Shown here: piece by piece, positions 39,232-49,339 of the stretch | Layout: each line of letters begins with the position of its first letter | Numbering within the stretch: position 1 is the stretch's first letter | NCBI GenBank assembly: GCA_016933575.1 | Contig: JAFGAR010000088.1 | Span: 203,764-267,763, forward strand | Origin: Candidatus Thorarchaeota archaeon | GTDB taxonomy: Archaea > Asgardarchaeota > Thorarchaeia > Thorarchaeales > Thorarchaeaceae | Direction of reading: 5' to 3' | Length of the DNA stretch: 64,000 nucleotides | The notes under the pieces: model-generated | Told to the model about the DNA's origin: nothing | Seen by the model: only the letters and a program-made list of their open reading frames with translations | Databases searched by the model: none | Translations under genes and position numbers: made by a program

Positions 39232-40212
39232 TTATTGTACCTCCTTGAGTAGGGATGCATAAGCCTCAGCAACAAGTTCAGCAATCTCTTGGGTCACAGT
39301 TGGATCATTATTTTTCCTAAGAGTTTCAGCTGCTACTTGTTGGCACCCACGTGCTAACATTCTGATATCGCGTGGGTTTCCTTTTGCTGCATCATTAATC
39401 ACTTTGATTGCATCTTCACTGAATGGATAGACTTCAAAAGTATCAGGGTTGAAACTGTCTATCCTTCCTTGCGCATATGCAATTCTTCTACCAATGAACT
39501 CTCGTGCTTTCTCTGTACTAAGTGGTGGTACGTCAAGTGGCTCAGTACGATCAGCAATCTGTGGTAAGAATGATAACATAGCATTCCAATACATCGTAGT
39601 TCCAGACATGACCAATGTGACAATTGGTTCATCAAGAACTTGAGACTTGCCATATGTATCAACCATTTCTTCCGTAGGCAAATCTGCTAGATAACGAAGT
39701 TTGTGAAATGCTGCTTCTTGATTATCTGCAACATCTTCAATGAATAATGCAGTCCTACTTTTTTCTTCGATATATCTTCTTAGACTTTCTTTTGCTACTG
39801 CATCAATTATTTGACTTGATTCCCATGATCTCTTGTATTTCACTCTCAGTGAGTCTGCAATAGCTGCTGCCATTTGTTTCTCATAGAGTCCAGTCATTCC
39901 CACATATCCAGTGACGAATTTATTCCCTCGTCGATCTGCCAATGTAGGAAGGTCTCTTAGTGCCAAAAGCATTAGTGTACTCTTACCCGATCCGACTGGC
40001 CCCCTGATGAAAACATGCCTCTCGTTTGTGATTATCAAATCGACAATGGAATCCAAGAAGTTACTATCCTCGATATACAATCGGCTGTCAGGCATTTTGA
40101 AACCGCGAAATGGTGAAAACCTAGCACCAATTCTCTCTTCCCATGCTCGCAGGACTTCTTTACGAGTGTTAAAGTGTCGAATCAATGCACTTTCATGGAT
40201 AGCAATCGTCAT
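39232..40212 (-). CDS. ExeA/GspA-TnsC-like AAA+ ATPase
   Basis: SPF, GPVGSGKST, Walker B LFIED, LVMSG, IADR, L..EKAREFIGRR, FSEDAI.VI..A.GNPRDI; no wHTH or peptidoglycan-binding tail. Confidence 0.8.
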   Translation of the reverse strand: MTIAIHESALIRHFNTRKEVLRAWEERIGARFSPFRGFKMPDSRLYIEDSNFLDSIVDLIITNERHVFIRGPVGSGKSTLMLLALRDLPTLADRRGNKFVTGYVGMTGLYEKQMAAAIADSLRVKYKRSWESSQIIDAVAKESLRRYIEEKSRTALFIEDVADNQEAAFHKLRYLADLPTEEMVDTYGKSQVLDEPIVTLVMSGTTMYWNAMLSFLPQIADRTEPLDVPPLSTEKAREFIGRRIAYAQGRIDSFNPDTFEVYPFSEDAIKVINDAAKGNPRDIRMLARGCQQVAAETLRKNNDPTVTQEIAELVAEAYASLLKEVQ

Positions 40213-40433
40213 TTGCGTGGACCTCTATTCTCTGAAATCATCGTATCACAAGTAGTGCTTGTAATACAATTTTTCATTTACGAATTCTGATATAAAAGGT
40301 GTGGTAAAAAGCTCCCGGAAGCGAATGATCGTTAAAGAACAGATTCTCCAATACGCAACCTTTTTGAATAGAATAAGATGGCAAGTACGCTGACCAACAA
40401 ATTGGTCTTGAGCTCAACTAGGAGCTGTCTGAC

Positions 40434-40712
40434 ATGGATATTGAACGTATTAAGCATATCATGAACTCTTTGATGATATTATCATTTCTCATATTCGGAG
40501 GACTATCTGCAATCATTCTGATTACAGATGTGCGTCTGAATAATGCAACTGTATCATTACCATTTGCTTTTCTGTTCATTTCCATGATCACATTCATTAT
40601 TACAGGTCAGATTAACGATAAGCCTAAACTCGCACAGAAATATCTAAGAGATTGGCTCATCATCTGCACAATTGGAATAATTATCAGCAGTCTTGCGTTT
40701 ACAATCTACTAA
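40434..40712 (+). CDS. Small 3-TM membrane protein
   Basis: Three hydrophobic segments. Confidence 0.6.
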   Translation: MDIERIKHIMNSLMILSFLIFGGLSAIILITDVRLNNATVSLPFAFLFISMITFIITGQINDKPKLAQKYLRDWLIICTIGIIISSLAFTIY

Positions 40713-40747
40713 GTTTCTCCTGCTTCTCAAGTATCGAAGTGATACAT

Positions 40748-41383
40748 ATGAGTAAGATTCTACCTGGTACAAAGACAACTCGGATGGAGCTTCTTGCTCT
40801 AAAGAATAGAATGAAGCTTGCTGAAAGAGGTCATGATCTTCTTAGAGAGAAACGTGACTCATTGATAATGGAGTTCTTCAATGCCATAGCTGAAATCAAA
40901 GAAGCCCGAGAGAAGGTAGATTCAACTCTGTCTGATGCATTTTCTGCACTAACACAAGCAAAGATGGTTATGGGTCCTGCTAGAGTAATTGAGTTTGCCT
41001 ATGCTAGTAAGTTCGAAGCTGATCTCAATATCGCTACTAGATCTATGATGGGCGTAAGAGTTCCAGTTCTATCTGTTGAACAACGGAGTCCTGAATTGCC
41101 TTATTCTCTTTCAGACTCAAGTACCAAATTTGATGTAATGGGTGAGAAATTTAAAGAAGCGCTAAAAGCAATAGTTCGTCTGGCAGAAATTGAATCAACA
41201 GTTAAACGCCTTGCCTTAGAAATTGAAAGGACGAAAAGACGTGTATCAGCTCTTGAAACAGTTGTTATCCCACGACTTGATGCAACAGTCCGTTTTGTAA
41301 AACTTGCTCTCGAAGAACGCGAACGCGAAGATTTCGTGCGACTCAAGATGGTTCGGGATTGGATAACTGCTGAGGAAGAATGA
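40748..41383 (+). CDS. atpD: A/V-type ATP synthase subunit D (isolated from the operon)
   Basis: TRMELL.LK.R..LA.RGHDLLREKRD, MGVRVP, EIERTKRRV.ALE..VIP, LEERERE.F.RLK. Confidence 0.95.
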   Translation: MSKILPGTKTTRMELLALKNRMKLAERGHDLLREKRDSLIMEFFNAIAEIKEAREKVDSTLSDAFSALTQAKMVMGPARVIEFAYASKFEADLNIATRSMMGVRVPVLSVEQRSPELPYSLSDSSTKFDVMGEKFKEALKAIVRLAEIESTVKRLALEIERTKRRVSALETVVIPRLDATVRFVKLALEEREREDFVRLKMVRDWITAEEE

Positions 41384-41419
41384 CGAAATGTATTACTAGT
41401 AATACAATATAGTTATGAC

Positions 41420-41818
41420 TCATTTAGTACGTAATTTTAGAATAGCTGCTGCTAAATCGCCTTCTGTTTCAATAAGAGCCTTTTTTGCAGTTTCAATATT
41501 AACACCTGTTTGACCTGCAACAAGAGCAGCATCTTCAATTGGAATCTCAATCTCTTTGCTTAGTACTTCTTCTTCTGTACTTGGTGCAGCTATACTTTTT
41601 GTTGAACTCGATAATCCTCGTTCAGTCTTAGATCCAGACACTTGATATGTTTCAATTCCAGCTTGTTTTACCATGGTCACTTGTGGCTTTGAAACCACCC
41701 ACTCTTTATCCGCAAAACGAAATATCACCTCTTTGACTCCTTCAAGATCTTTCTGCTCAATACCCATCTTTTTCATCATACGTTCAATTTGTTTAGGTGA
41801 CATTCCTCTAAATCCCAT
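41420..41818 (-). CDS. nac: Nascent polypeptide-associated complex protein
   Basis: RMMKKMGI..L.GVKEVI, TYQVSG, C-terminal UBA (GDLAAAIL). Confidence 0.93.
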   Translation of the reverse strand: MGFRGMSPKQIERMMKKMGIEQKDLEGVKEVIFRFADKEWVVSKPQVTMVKQAGIETYQVSGSKTERGLSSSTKSIAAPSTEEEVLSKEIEIPIEDAALVAGQTGVNIETAKKALIETEGDLAAAILKLRTK

Positions 41819-41922
41819 ACAATCACATCTGTTGATAGATTCTAACTGCTGAATAGATTTCTATAAAATCTGTTACACATGTTGATGCTTTTATCTATGG
41901 ATAAAATGATTACGCTTTGAAA

Positions 41923-42750
41923 TCATACCGGCTTGACAGATATATCAAACACAACATGTTCTATTCCTGGTGAGTAATTCTTTATCTTTCGAGTATTGGT
42001 TAAGGACACAAATCCTCTCTGTAAACAGATTTCTGAAATACTACTAATAATTGCACTTAGAGACTTATTTGGTAGAGCTAAGTGCATGTGAATAGTTCCC
42101 CCTTCTTCCACTAATGTGTCTAAGGCATATGGAAGATACGTTTCTGTATGATGAAGATAACCCATAACAACACGATTTGCACTGTGAGATGGATGAACTA
42201 CTCGACAGTCCCCTAAAATAGCAGTCACCCTATCCTCAAGTCTATTCAGTCTTATATTTTCAACAAGATATCCATATGCTTCTGGGTTGAGTTCAATTGC
42301 AGTAACAGAAGCATATCCCCATTTAGCGATAGGAAGAGCAAATTGTCCCACACAGGAGAACATGTCAACTACTTTCTCACCTGCAGCAATACGCTTGTAG
42401 ATGTTTATTCGTTCTTTTTTATTTCCACCAGAAAAAGTGATAGTGATAGGGTTGAATTTGTAAGAAATGCCATTCTCTACATGTATCGTAGTGGTATCAT
42501 GATTTCCAGCAACTATCCTATAACTCGGTTTCCGTGTTTCCCCCTCAGTTGGTCCTGTTTGAATAGCCACTGTCTTTATTCTCTTGTCATATTTGAGAGT
42601 AGCCTCTCCAATCTTAGAATGATATTCTCTGAGTGTAGAATCCACATGTAATAGGGCAACATGTCCTACGACATGAAAACCTGAAGGGACGTTTGCATTT
42701 TCAGGCAAGCTATCCCTCAAATAAAATCTGAGGAATTCTTGATACCTCAT
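41923..42750 (-). CDS. Trm5/Taw2 (TYW2)-family tRNA SAM-dependent transferase
   Basis: HVENGISY, FSGGNKKER, VDMFSCVGQF, IELNP, ANRVVMG. Confidence 0.85.
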   Translation of the reverse strand: MRYQEFLRFYLRDSLPENANVPSGFHVVGHVALLHVDSTLREYHSKIGEATLKYDKRIKTVAIQTGPTEGETRKPSYRIVAGNHDTTTIHVENGISYKFNPITITFSGGNKKERINIYKRIAAGEKVVDMFSCVGQFALPIAKWGYASVTAIELNPEAYGYLVENIRLNRLEDRVTAILGDCRVVHPSHSANRVVMGYLHHTETYLPYALDTLVEEGGTIHMHLALPNKSLSAIISSISEICLQRGFVSLTNTRKIKNYSPGIEHVVFDISVKPV

Positions 42751-42780
42751 AGTTATCCCAATAATTACTAGAATCGAAGC

Positions 42781-44010
42781 CTAGCAGTACATACTGCTTG
42801 GAGCGTTGTCAGTTCCTCCGCGTTCTTGAACCTTTGAGATTGCCTTTTGAAAATCCTCTTGAGTCACACAAACACGTTTTTCCCGAATGGCAAACATACC
42901 CGCTTCAGTACAAATACTCTTGATATCTGCACCAGTTCTATCTTGAGTGATAGAAAGTAGTCTATCAAAATCAATTTTCTTCTCGATGTTCATTCCACGA
43001 GTATGAATCTTGAAAATCTCTCGTCTACTCGTTTCATCTGGGAGTGGGAATTCAATTATTCTATCAAACCTCCCAGGTCTTAGTAGTGCTGGGTCTAGTA
43101 TGTCCGGACGATTTGTTGCTCCTAGAACGGCAACTTGACCACGAGCTTCGAATCCATCAAGTTCGCTAAGCAATTGCATTAATGTCCTCTGAACTTCTCT
43201 ATCTCCTGATGTTGCAATATCGAGTCTATGAGACCCAACCGCATCAAGTTCGTCAACGAAAATTATTGCTGGGGCTTTCTCTTTTGCTAGCATGAAAATT
43301 TCACGAACAAGTCTAGCCCCTTCACCGATAAACTTCTGAACAAGTTCTGATCCTATGACTCGAATGAATGTAGCATTTGTTTCATGTGCAACCGCTCTTG
43401 CACAGAGAGTTTTCCCTGTCCCAGGAAGTCCTGTCAGAAGTACTCCTTTTGGCGGTTCGATACCGACCTGTTCGAACAATTCTGGTTCAAGCAGAGGAAG
43501 CTCAACAGTTTCTCGAATCTCCTGAAGCTGATTCCTAAGTCCTCCTATATCAGTATAAGAAACATCAGGTGCGTCCTCAATCTCCATTGCTCTAATTAAT
43601 GGATCTCGAGAAGGTGGAAGCTCTTGAGTGATCGCAAAAGAACGTTGATTCAGAGCCACAAGTGCACCAGGTTGCAACTTTTCCTGAGGAATAGATGATG
43701 CCACATGTACAACAAAATTTGGTCCAGTAGAGCTTTTGACTATGGCTCTTCCATCATCTAAGAGTTCGATGATGGTTGCTGTAATTAATGGAGATTGCCT
43801 TAGTTTTTCCAGCTCGGTTCTCAATGTCTGAGTTTCCTTCTCAAGCCTGCTACGTTCTGCTTGCAGAATTTGTTTTTCTGTTTCCAAGGCACGAAGTCTT
43901 CTTTCTAAGTGCCTGGTATAGCTCTGTGAGTAAGTGGAGTCGTCAACACTACCCTCGTCTTTTGCATCTGTAGTACCTGGCAAGAGATGGCACCTCAAGA
44001 CCTCATCCAC
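42781..44010 (-). CDS. pan: Proteasome-activating nucleotidase
   Basis: [58 protein letters not shown], HbYX-like MYC end. Confidence 0.97.
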   Translation of the reverse strand: MDEVLRCHLLPGTTDAKDEGSVDDSTYSQSYTRHLERRLRALETEKQILQAERSRLEKETQTLRTELEKLRQSPLITATIIELLDDGRAIVKSSTGPNFVVHVASSIPQEKLQPGALVALNQRSFAITQELPPSRDPLIRAMEIEDAPDVSYTDIGGLRNQLQEIRETVELPLLEPELFEQVGIEPPKGVLLTGLPGTGKTLCARAVAHETNATFIRVIGSELVQKFIGEGARLVREIFMLAKEKAPAIIFVDELDAVGSHRLDIATSGDREVQRTLMQLLSELDGFEARGQVAVLGATNRPDILDPALLRPGRFDRIIEFPLPDETSRREIFKIHTRGMNIEKKIDFDRLLSITQDRTGADIKSICTEAGMFAIREKRVCVTQEDFQKAISKVQERGGTDNAPSSMYC

Positions 44011-44131
44011 TGATGAGGTTTTAAGGCTTGCTTTGAGGGTTTCAATTCAATTTTTGAAAACTACAGATATGTCTGCTCGATAATCTTTATCAATATCCAT
44101 CAAGAATCAATCCTATAAGAGGGAATCAATT

Positions 44132-44734
44132 GTGCCTAGTTGTGAATTATGCGGTAGAAGTATGAAAGGTCAAGGTCGAAATGTTATAGTCGAAGGGGCT
44201 TCGATGCTTCTTTGTCCTCAATGTGCTTCTAAATTCGGACAACAAACAGATAGTACTTCTCAGCGAGCTGAATCCAAGCCGCGATATAGTCCTTCTTGGA
44301 TGGGAGGATCAGAACGACAATCACTCTCAGAAATCAAACCCCGTTCTTCAGCAACACCTCCCATGAAAGTCAAACCAAAACCGAAGCCTAGGAAACAAGC
44401 AACAGGAATTCTACTTGAGGATCTAGAACTCGTAGAGGACTATGCCAATGTCATTCGGACCGCACGACAGAAAAAAGAGATGAGTCAGGATGAGCTCGCT
44501 CAGAGAGTCGGAGAAAGTATCTCAACTCTGAAAGCAATTGAAGCTGGACGTCAGAAACCAACTGAAAAAACAATCAGAGGCCTTGAAAGGGAGTTAGATA
44601 TATCACTTCTTGAGCCACTTGGTACGGTTCCATTAAAAGTAAGCAAGTCACAATCCATTGCTGGACCGACATTGGGAGATCGTGTTATCGTTAAGAGAAA
44701 GAAATCTCAAAAGGCTCGTAAGGATGATACTTAG
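44132..44734 (+). CDS. Archaeal MBF1 (Zn ribbon + HTH)
   Basis: CELCG..VEGA.MLLC..CASKFG and LVEDY..IR.AR...SQDELA HTH. Confidence 0.9.
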   Translation: MPSCELCGRSMKGQGRNVIVEGASMLLCPQCASKFGQQTDSTSQRAESKPRYSPSWMGGSERQSLSEIKPRSSATPPMKVKPKPKPRKQATGILLEDLELVEDYANVIRTARQKKEMSQDELAQRVGESISTLKAIEAGRQKPTEKTIRGLERELDISLLEPLGTVPLKVSKSQSIAGPTLGDRVIVKRKKSQKARKDDT

Positions 44735-44893
44735 CCTATAATACAGGAGTTGAATAATTAACTTCCTAAGAATAGGTCTTATATAGAGTGCAGTAGTATA
44801 TAGTAATAGAACATTCCAACTGCGGATCTTTTCGCTGTGAATTAAAATATCAGACAACTGACCAGTTACTACATGTCTAGGTGATTTCATCAA

Positions 44894-45415
44894 ATGGTAC
44901 ATACAAACTTCAATCATGATCTCTTTCGTCTTGTAGTTGAAGAGATTGCTGGAAAAGAGGGTGTTGATGTTTCTACTGTCTTAGTGAATGCAGAAGAAAC
45001 GACAGATGAAGAAATCGCTACGAAGACTGACTTGAAGTTGAATATTGTTCGAAGAATTCTATACAAATTACATGACAATCATCTTGCATCATATAGGCGA
45101 ATCCGTGATGTAAATACAGGATGGTTCCTCTATTATTGGCGTATAGACCCAAAGAAAGCCCAAGCACTGGTTAACAGAAAGAAGCGTATGGTTCTCAACC
45201 TGCTTGAACAACGACTTGAACATGAAACCAATAATGATCTCTACTCATGTGTGAACCGTGATTCTTCTCCCGTTCCCTTTGAAGAAGCTATGAATCTATC
45301 TTTTCGATGCCCAACATGTAATGGTCAGCTTGAGTATGTCGACAACACAAAGGCAATCTCCTTTCTTAGAAAACGAGTTGAAGAGCTCAAGGCTGACTTG
45401 GAAGCCACAACCTAA
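44894..45415 (+). CDS. tfe: Transcription factor E alpha
   Basis: TDEEIA..LKLNIVRRILYKL, RD..TGWF.YYW, FEEAM..SFRCP.C. Confidence 0.95.
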   Translation: MVHTNFNHDLFRLVVEEIAGKEGVDVSTVLVNAEETTDEEIATKTDLKLNIVRRILYKLHDNHLASYRRIRDVNTGWFLYYWRIDPKKAQALVNRKKRMVLNLLEQRLEHETNNDLYSCVNRDSSPVPFEEAMNLSFRCPTCNGQLEYVDNTKAISFLRKRVEELKADLEATT

Positions 45416-45480
45416 TTTTAACCAGACCAGCCCCTTTTTCTGCAAATAATACCAAATAGCTAACTCACAGAGGAGATTAA

Positions 45481-46251
45481 TTGAAGACTATAACGTTGTT
45501 TTCAAGGGTTTATGGCCAATATAGAAATCGAATGTCTGAAACGGTTAAATCCGGTATCCATGAACTGATTCAGGATTTAGATGCTGATTTGGTGCGATTT
45601 GATATCGATAAAAGAGGGCATATTTCTGTTGAACTCAAGGGTCAAGATGCAGAATTTGCCATCAATTTTCTAACTAATGAGTATGGCACATCTGTTCCTC
45701 TTGAGAATGTAAAAGAAGGCGATATTCTTAGAGGTTCATTAGTGGATGTGGGAAAGGTTGGGTATGGTCTATATGCAGATATTGGTGTTGTGAGTAAGGT
45801 GCGAGTCGATGCTCTTATTCCCTTGCATCGAATCCGTAATCAGTTTCAAAGTAACAGACCTTTAAGAGCTCTAGCACAATCACTTATGCTTGTAGAAAAC
45901 CTTCCAGTCGAAGTATCGATAATTGATATCGATAGAAACATACACAAGATAGAAGCTGAGTTTGCACAGAGCACATTAGACCGTATCAAAGAATGGAGTC
46001 AAGACAATCACGAACGTCTCTTGGTCTTTGGCGCCAATCAAAATATGATTGAGGATGCATTGAAGAAGTCTAGTCATCTGGATGATATCTACAAGATTCA
46101 CGAACTTGGCAAATTTGAGTTCGCACTTGTATGTAAACGAAGCACACGGGCATCTGGCATTATTGCAGCGATTGGTCCTAAACTAAGAGGAGTTCCAATG
46201 CACATTTTTATTCCAAAAGAAATCGGGGAAAATTTTGATGGTCCGCCTTGA
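45481..46251 (+). CDS. DUF2110-family S1/OB protein
   Basis: G.LVDVGKVGYGLYADIG, GIIAAIGP.L; conserved position after tfe. Confidence 0.75.
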   Translation: MKTITLFSRVYGQYRNRMSETVKSGIHELIQDLDADLVRFDIDKRGHISVELKGQDAEFAINFLTNEYGTSVPLENVKEGDILRGSLVDVGKVGYGLYADIGVVSKVRVDALIPLHRIRNQFQSNRPLRALAQSLMLVENLPVEVSIIDIDRNIHKIEAEFAQSTLDRIKEWSQDNHERLLVFGANQNMIEDALKKSSHLDDIYKIHELGKFEFALVCKRSTRASGIIAAIGPKLRGVPMHIFIPKEIGENFDGPP

Positions 46252-46915
46252 TGTGTGGTTAGTCGAAACCCGCCATTTTACATCGCGTCAAGCTGCGAAG
46301 AGAGCAATCAAGGATGGATATGTTATTGTAAACGGAGATTGTTCGAAACCTTCCTACAAAATCACTGGAAAAGAATCGATTCAGATATTAGATAACTATC
46401 CTAACATGCCAATGGGATTTCATAAGCTCAAAGCGATTGATGATTCAATGGAGGAAGATCTTGTTACACCTCCTTGTTTAGCTCTTGATATAGGAAGTTC
46501 TGTAGGAGGATTTCTTTCTTATCTGAGTCAAAAAGGTGCTCGAGTCATCGGTGTTGAGATATCAAATCGATTTGAAAAAGAGTTGAAGAATCTGGTGGAA
46601 TCCAATTCTCTTGTTTCAGTTGTTTATGCAGATGCTTTTGAGATAGAACCAACTTCTTTAGTTGACAAAGATAGTCTTGACATTCTCCTTATTGATGTCA
46701 CAACCGATCCCTCTGGAACACTTCACTTAATCTCAAAATTCTCTCCTTTTCTGAAGAAGAATGGAACCCTAGTTTCCGCGTTCAAAATTGAAAACAAATC
46801 TGAGATTGTATTACAACTATTAACAAACGTGGAGAACCTTGGATATTCAGACATAAGAAGTCTTCATCTTGAAGACACAAGACAAGAAGTACATATCATT
46901 GCAAGGCGAATGTAA
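46235..46915 (+). CDS. TlyA-like S4 + FtsJ rRNA methyltransferase
   Basis: RLDVWLV..SRQAAKRAIKDG.V.VNG..KPS; LDIGSSVGGF. Confidence 0.8.
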   Translation: MMVRLDVWLVETRHFTSRQAAKRAIKDGYVIVNGDCSKPSYKITGKESIQILDNYPNMPMGFHKLKAIDDSMEEDLVTPPCLALDIGSSVGGFLSYLSQKGARVIGVEISNRFEKELKNLVESNSLVSVVYADAFEIEPTSLVDKDSLDILLIDVTTDPSGTLHLISKFSPFLKKNGTLVSAFKIENKSEIVLQLLTNVENLGYSDIRSLHLEDTRQEVHIIARRM

Positions 46916-46951
46916 ACAACTTTTTATTGGAAAGGCTAAAGCCTCTCTTTA

Positions 46952-47061
46952 GGGCCGCTAGTCTAGCCCGGCTATGATGTCTCGTTTACACCGAGAATTA
47001 TACCGAGTTTAATACTAGGTATTCTCGAGGGTCGCTGGTTCAAATCCGGCGCGGCCCACCA
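46952..47061 (+). tRNA. tRNA-Val(TAC) with a 32-nt intron at 44/45 (46998-47029)
   Basis: TCTCG-TT-TAC-AC-CGAGA; BHB helix CGAG/CTCG; splicing restores variable loop AGGTC; CCA encoded. Confidence 0.9.
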
Positions 47062-47146
47062 CTTTCTAGAGAAGCTCCATAAAATTCTAGAATAGGTTTT
47101 GGTACCTTCGAGATATACAGACTGGTCCAAATTGGCCGGGAGTTCT

Positions 47147-47299
47147 GCGGGAGTAGCCAAGCCCGGTCAAAGGCGGCGGACTTAAGATCACATGAAGATA
47201 AGGGGTCATGTAGAGAAGTCATCCGCTCTCGTAGGAGTCCGTGGGTTCGAATGAATCCAGAGGTATCCTCTGATTCCGACTAGCCCACCTCCCGCACCA
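47147..47299 (+). tRNA. tRNA-Leu(TAA) with introns at 37/38 (47187-47220) and 59/60 (47252-47282)
   Basis: GCGGA-CT-TAA-G|...|A-TCCGC, long variable arm, T-loop intron hairpin CAGAGG/CCTCTG. Confidence 0.88.
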
Positions 47300-47360
47300 T
47301 TTTCCATATTGAGTTCGTATACCAACTTCTAAAAGCACCCTAAACAGGCAAACCGATACA

Positions 47361-47924
47361 ATGCCAATTCAGACCCTATTGTCTTCCATAAGTCTAATCT
47401 TACTAATGGAGTTAGGTGACAAGACGATGCTTACTACCATGTGTCTGAGTGCACAGTATCGTCGACCCAAACTAGTACTTTTTGCAACTATGACTGCACT
47501 TGCTGCATCTTCAATTATTGCTATAGTCATAGGATTCATTCTCTCGTATACGCTTCCTGTCGAAGCCATTACTTATGTTTCTGGAATATTATTTCTTGGC
47601 TTGGGTATCCTTACTTTAGTAAATTCTAACTCAGAGGTTCCTGATACATGTGATAATCCTGGGACTCTTTTTGGCATGTTTTCATTAGTTCTATTATCTG
47701 AGCTTGGCGATAAGAGCCAAATCGCAATTCTCGCATTAGCTGCTCAATCGGCATTTCCGATTTTTGTTTTTCTCGGTTCGGTTATTGCATTTCTCATAAT
47801 CAATTCAATTGGCGCCGCGACTGGATATCATATTGCAGAACGTATTCCCCTAAAAATAGTGAAAAGAGTTGTTGGAATTATCTTCATTCTTTTCGGACTA
47901 CTTGTCGTTTTTGGAATTCTATAG
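47361..47924 (+). CDS. TMEM165/GDT1 (UPF0016) cation transporter
   Basis: Two ELGDKT/S motifs. Confidence 0.93.
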   Translation: MPIQTLLSSISLILLMELGDKTMLTTMCLSAQYRRPKLVLFATMTALAASSIIAIVIGFILSYTLPVEAITYVSGILFLGLGILTLVNSNSEVPDTCDNPGTLFGMFSLVLLSELGDKSQIAILALAAQSAFPIFVFLGSVIAFLIINSIGAATGYHIAERIPLKIVKRVVGIIFILFGLLVVFGIL

Positions 47925-47988
47925 TCAGTGACGAAGCCTTTATGACCGAGCTATTCCCGTTGAGCTCAAGCTCGAAGGTGAGGATACA

Positions 47989-49338
47989 TTGAGTCTTGAT
48001 GATTCTGGTTATAGTGGTACTCTTTTAGAAAAACTCTCCTTGCTTAAAATAAAGATTGGAGATACTATCAAAATCACACAAGGCGGCACTGAATACACAG
48101 GAGTATTAATGCCTAGAAGTCAAATTGGAGCTGACTCTGCTCATATAGTTATCAAGCTGAAAAGCGGGTACAATATTGGAATACGATTGGATGAAGATGC
48201 CATACTTCACCATATCCAAACCACCAAACGAAATCATAGAAAATCCTCCAGTCCTGAAGTAGAGAGAGCCAATCTACAGAAAGTATCTATTCTAAGTACT
48301 GGTGGCACGATTGCAAGTAAGGTTGATTATCAGACTGGTGCAGTAAATCCAGCACTAACAGCGCAAGATCTCTATGACACAGTACCTGAACTCCAGAATT
48401 ATGCTAATATTCAAGCAAAAGTTATCATGAGTATTCTTTCTGAGAATATCCGACCTACTGATTGGACAAAAATAGCTCAAAAAGTTGTATCTGAGATAAA
48501 AACTGGTTCAGATGGAGTCGTTGTAGCACATGGTACTGATACCCTTGGTTTCACTGCAGCCGCACTGTCATTCGCTCTTCAAAATCTTCCAGTACCTGTG
48601 ATTCTCGTTGGTTCTCAGCGTTCTTCAGACCGTCCATCTTCCGATTCCGCAATGAATCTCATAGGTGCAGTGAATTTGGCAGCAAAGGCTGATGTTGCTG
48701 AAGTCCTTATTCTGATGCATGCTGAAACTAGTGACAGTTTTCTTTATGCTCATCGAGGTACCAGAGTACGGAAGCTGCATACTAGTCGAAGAGATGCCTT
48801 TCAATCTGTGAATGACTATCCTCTATTTCGGATAGAATCCGATACAATCGATGAATTACATACCCCATTACTACGAAGAGATAAGGACAGAAAGATTGCC
48901 TTGAAAACCAAATTCGAAGAAAAAGTGGCATTATTGAAAACATATCCTGGTATCGAACCCCTACTGATAGAACATCTAATCGACAGTGGTTATCGCGGAC
49001 TAATAATAGAAGGAACCGGTCTTGGCCATACACCTGATTGCATACAGTCGTCCATCAAGAGAGCAATTGACTCTGGAATTGTAGTTGCAATGACAAGCCA
49101 ATGTCTTTTTGGAAGAACAGACATGAATGTCTATCGTTCTGGAGTAGAACTTCTTGAAATTGGAGTTATTTCTTGTGAGGATATGCTTCCTGAAACAGCT
49201 CTGGTAAAACTCATGTGGGCTTTAGCCAATACCAAAGACCCTGAAGATGCAAAGAATCTCCTTTTGCAACCTCTTGTTGGTGAAATAGATCTGCGGAGTG
49301 AAGAATCCGAATACGTACCGAGAACAGGGAGATTTTGA
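47989..49338 (+). CDS. gatD: Glu-tRNA(Gln) amidotransferase subunit D
   Basis: KLKSGYNIG, STGGTIASKVDY.TG, HGTDT, GSQRSSDRPSSD. Confidence 0.97.
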   Translation: MSLDDSGYSGTLLEKLSLLKIKIGDTIKITQGGTEYTGVLMPRSQIGADSAHIVIKLKSGYNIGIRLDEDAILHHIQTTKRNHRKSSSPEVERANLQKVSILSTGGTIASKVDYQTGAVNPALTAQDLYDTVPELQNYANIQAKVIMSILSENIRPTDWTKIAQKVVSEIKTGSDGVVVAHGTDTLGFTAAALSFALQNLPVPVILVGSQRSSDRPSSDSAMNLIGAVNLAAKADVAEVLILMHAETSDSFLYAHRGTRVRKLHTSRRDAFQSVNDYPLFRIESDTIDELHTPLLRRDKDRKIALKTKFEEKVALLKTYPGIEPLLIEHLIDSGYRGLIIEGTGLGHTPDCIQSSIKRAIDSGIVVAMTSQCLFGRTDMNVYRSGVELLEIGVISCEDMLPETALVKLMWALANTKDPEDAKNLLLQPLVGEIDLRSEESEYVPRTGRF

Positions 49339-49339
49339 A

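Larger units (their letters stand above)
26047..41406. repeat. Dispersed arrays of palindromic TGTAWTACA (9-bp period), centromere-like
   Basis: Arrays seen at about 26047, 28789, 29416, 30586, 31436, 32046, 32850, 33527, 33917, 34112, 34506, 35018, 35237, 35726, 36104, 36869, 37441, 38419, 38906, 40243, 41389. Confidence 0.85.

Noticed and set aside
39232-40212. Second Cdc6, or Tn7-like TnsC of a transposon
   Set aside because: No C-terminal winged helix; no TnsB/TniQ or transposon ends nearby
26047-41406. TGTAWTACA arrays as a CRISPR array or ordinary regulon operators
   Set aside because: Units are 9 bp and hundreds of bp apart with no repeat-spacer period; many lie in convergent gaps or within genes
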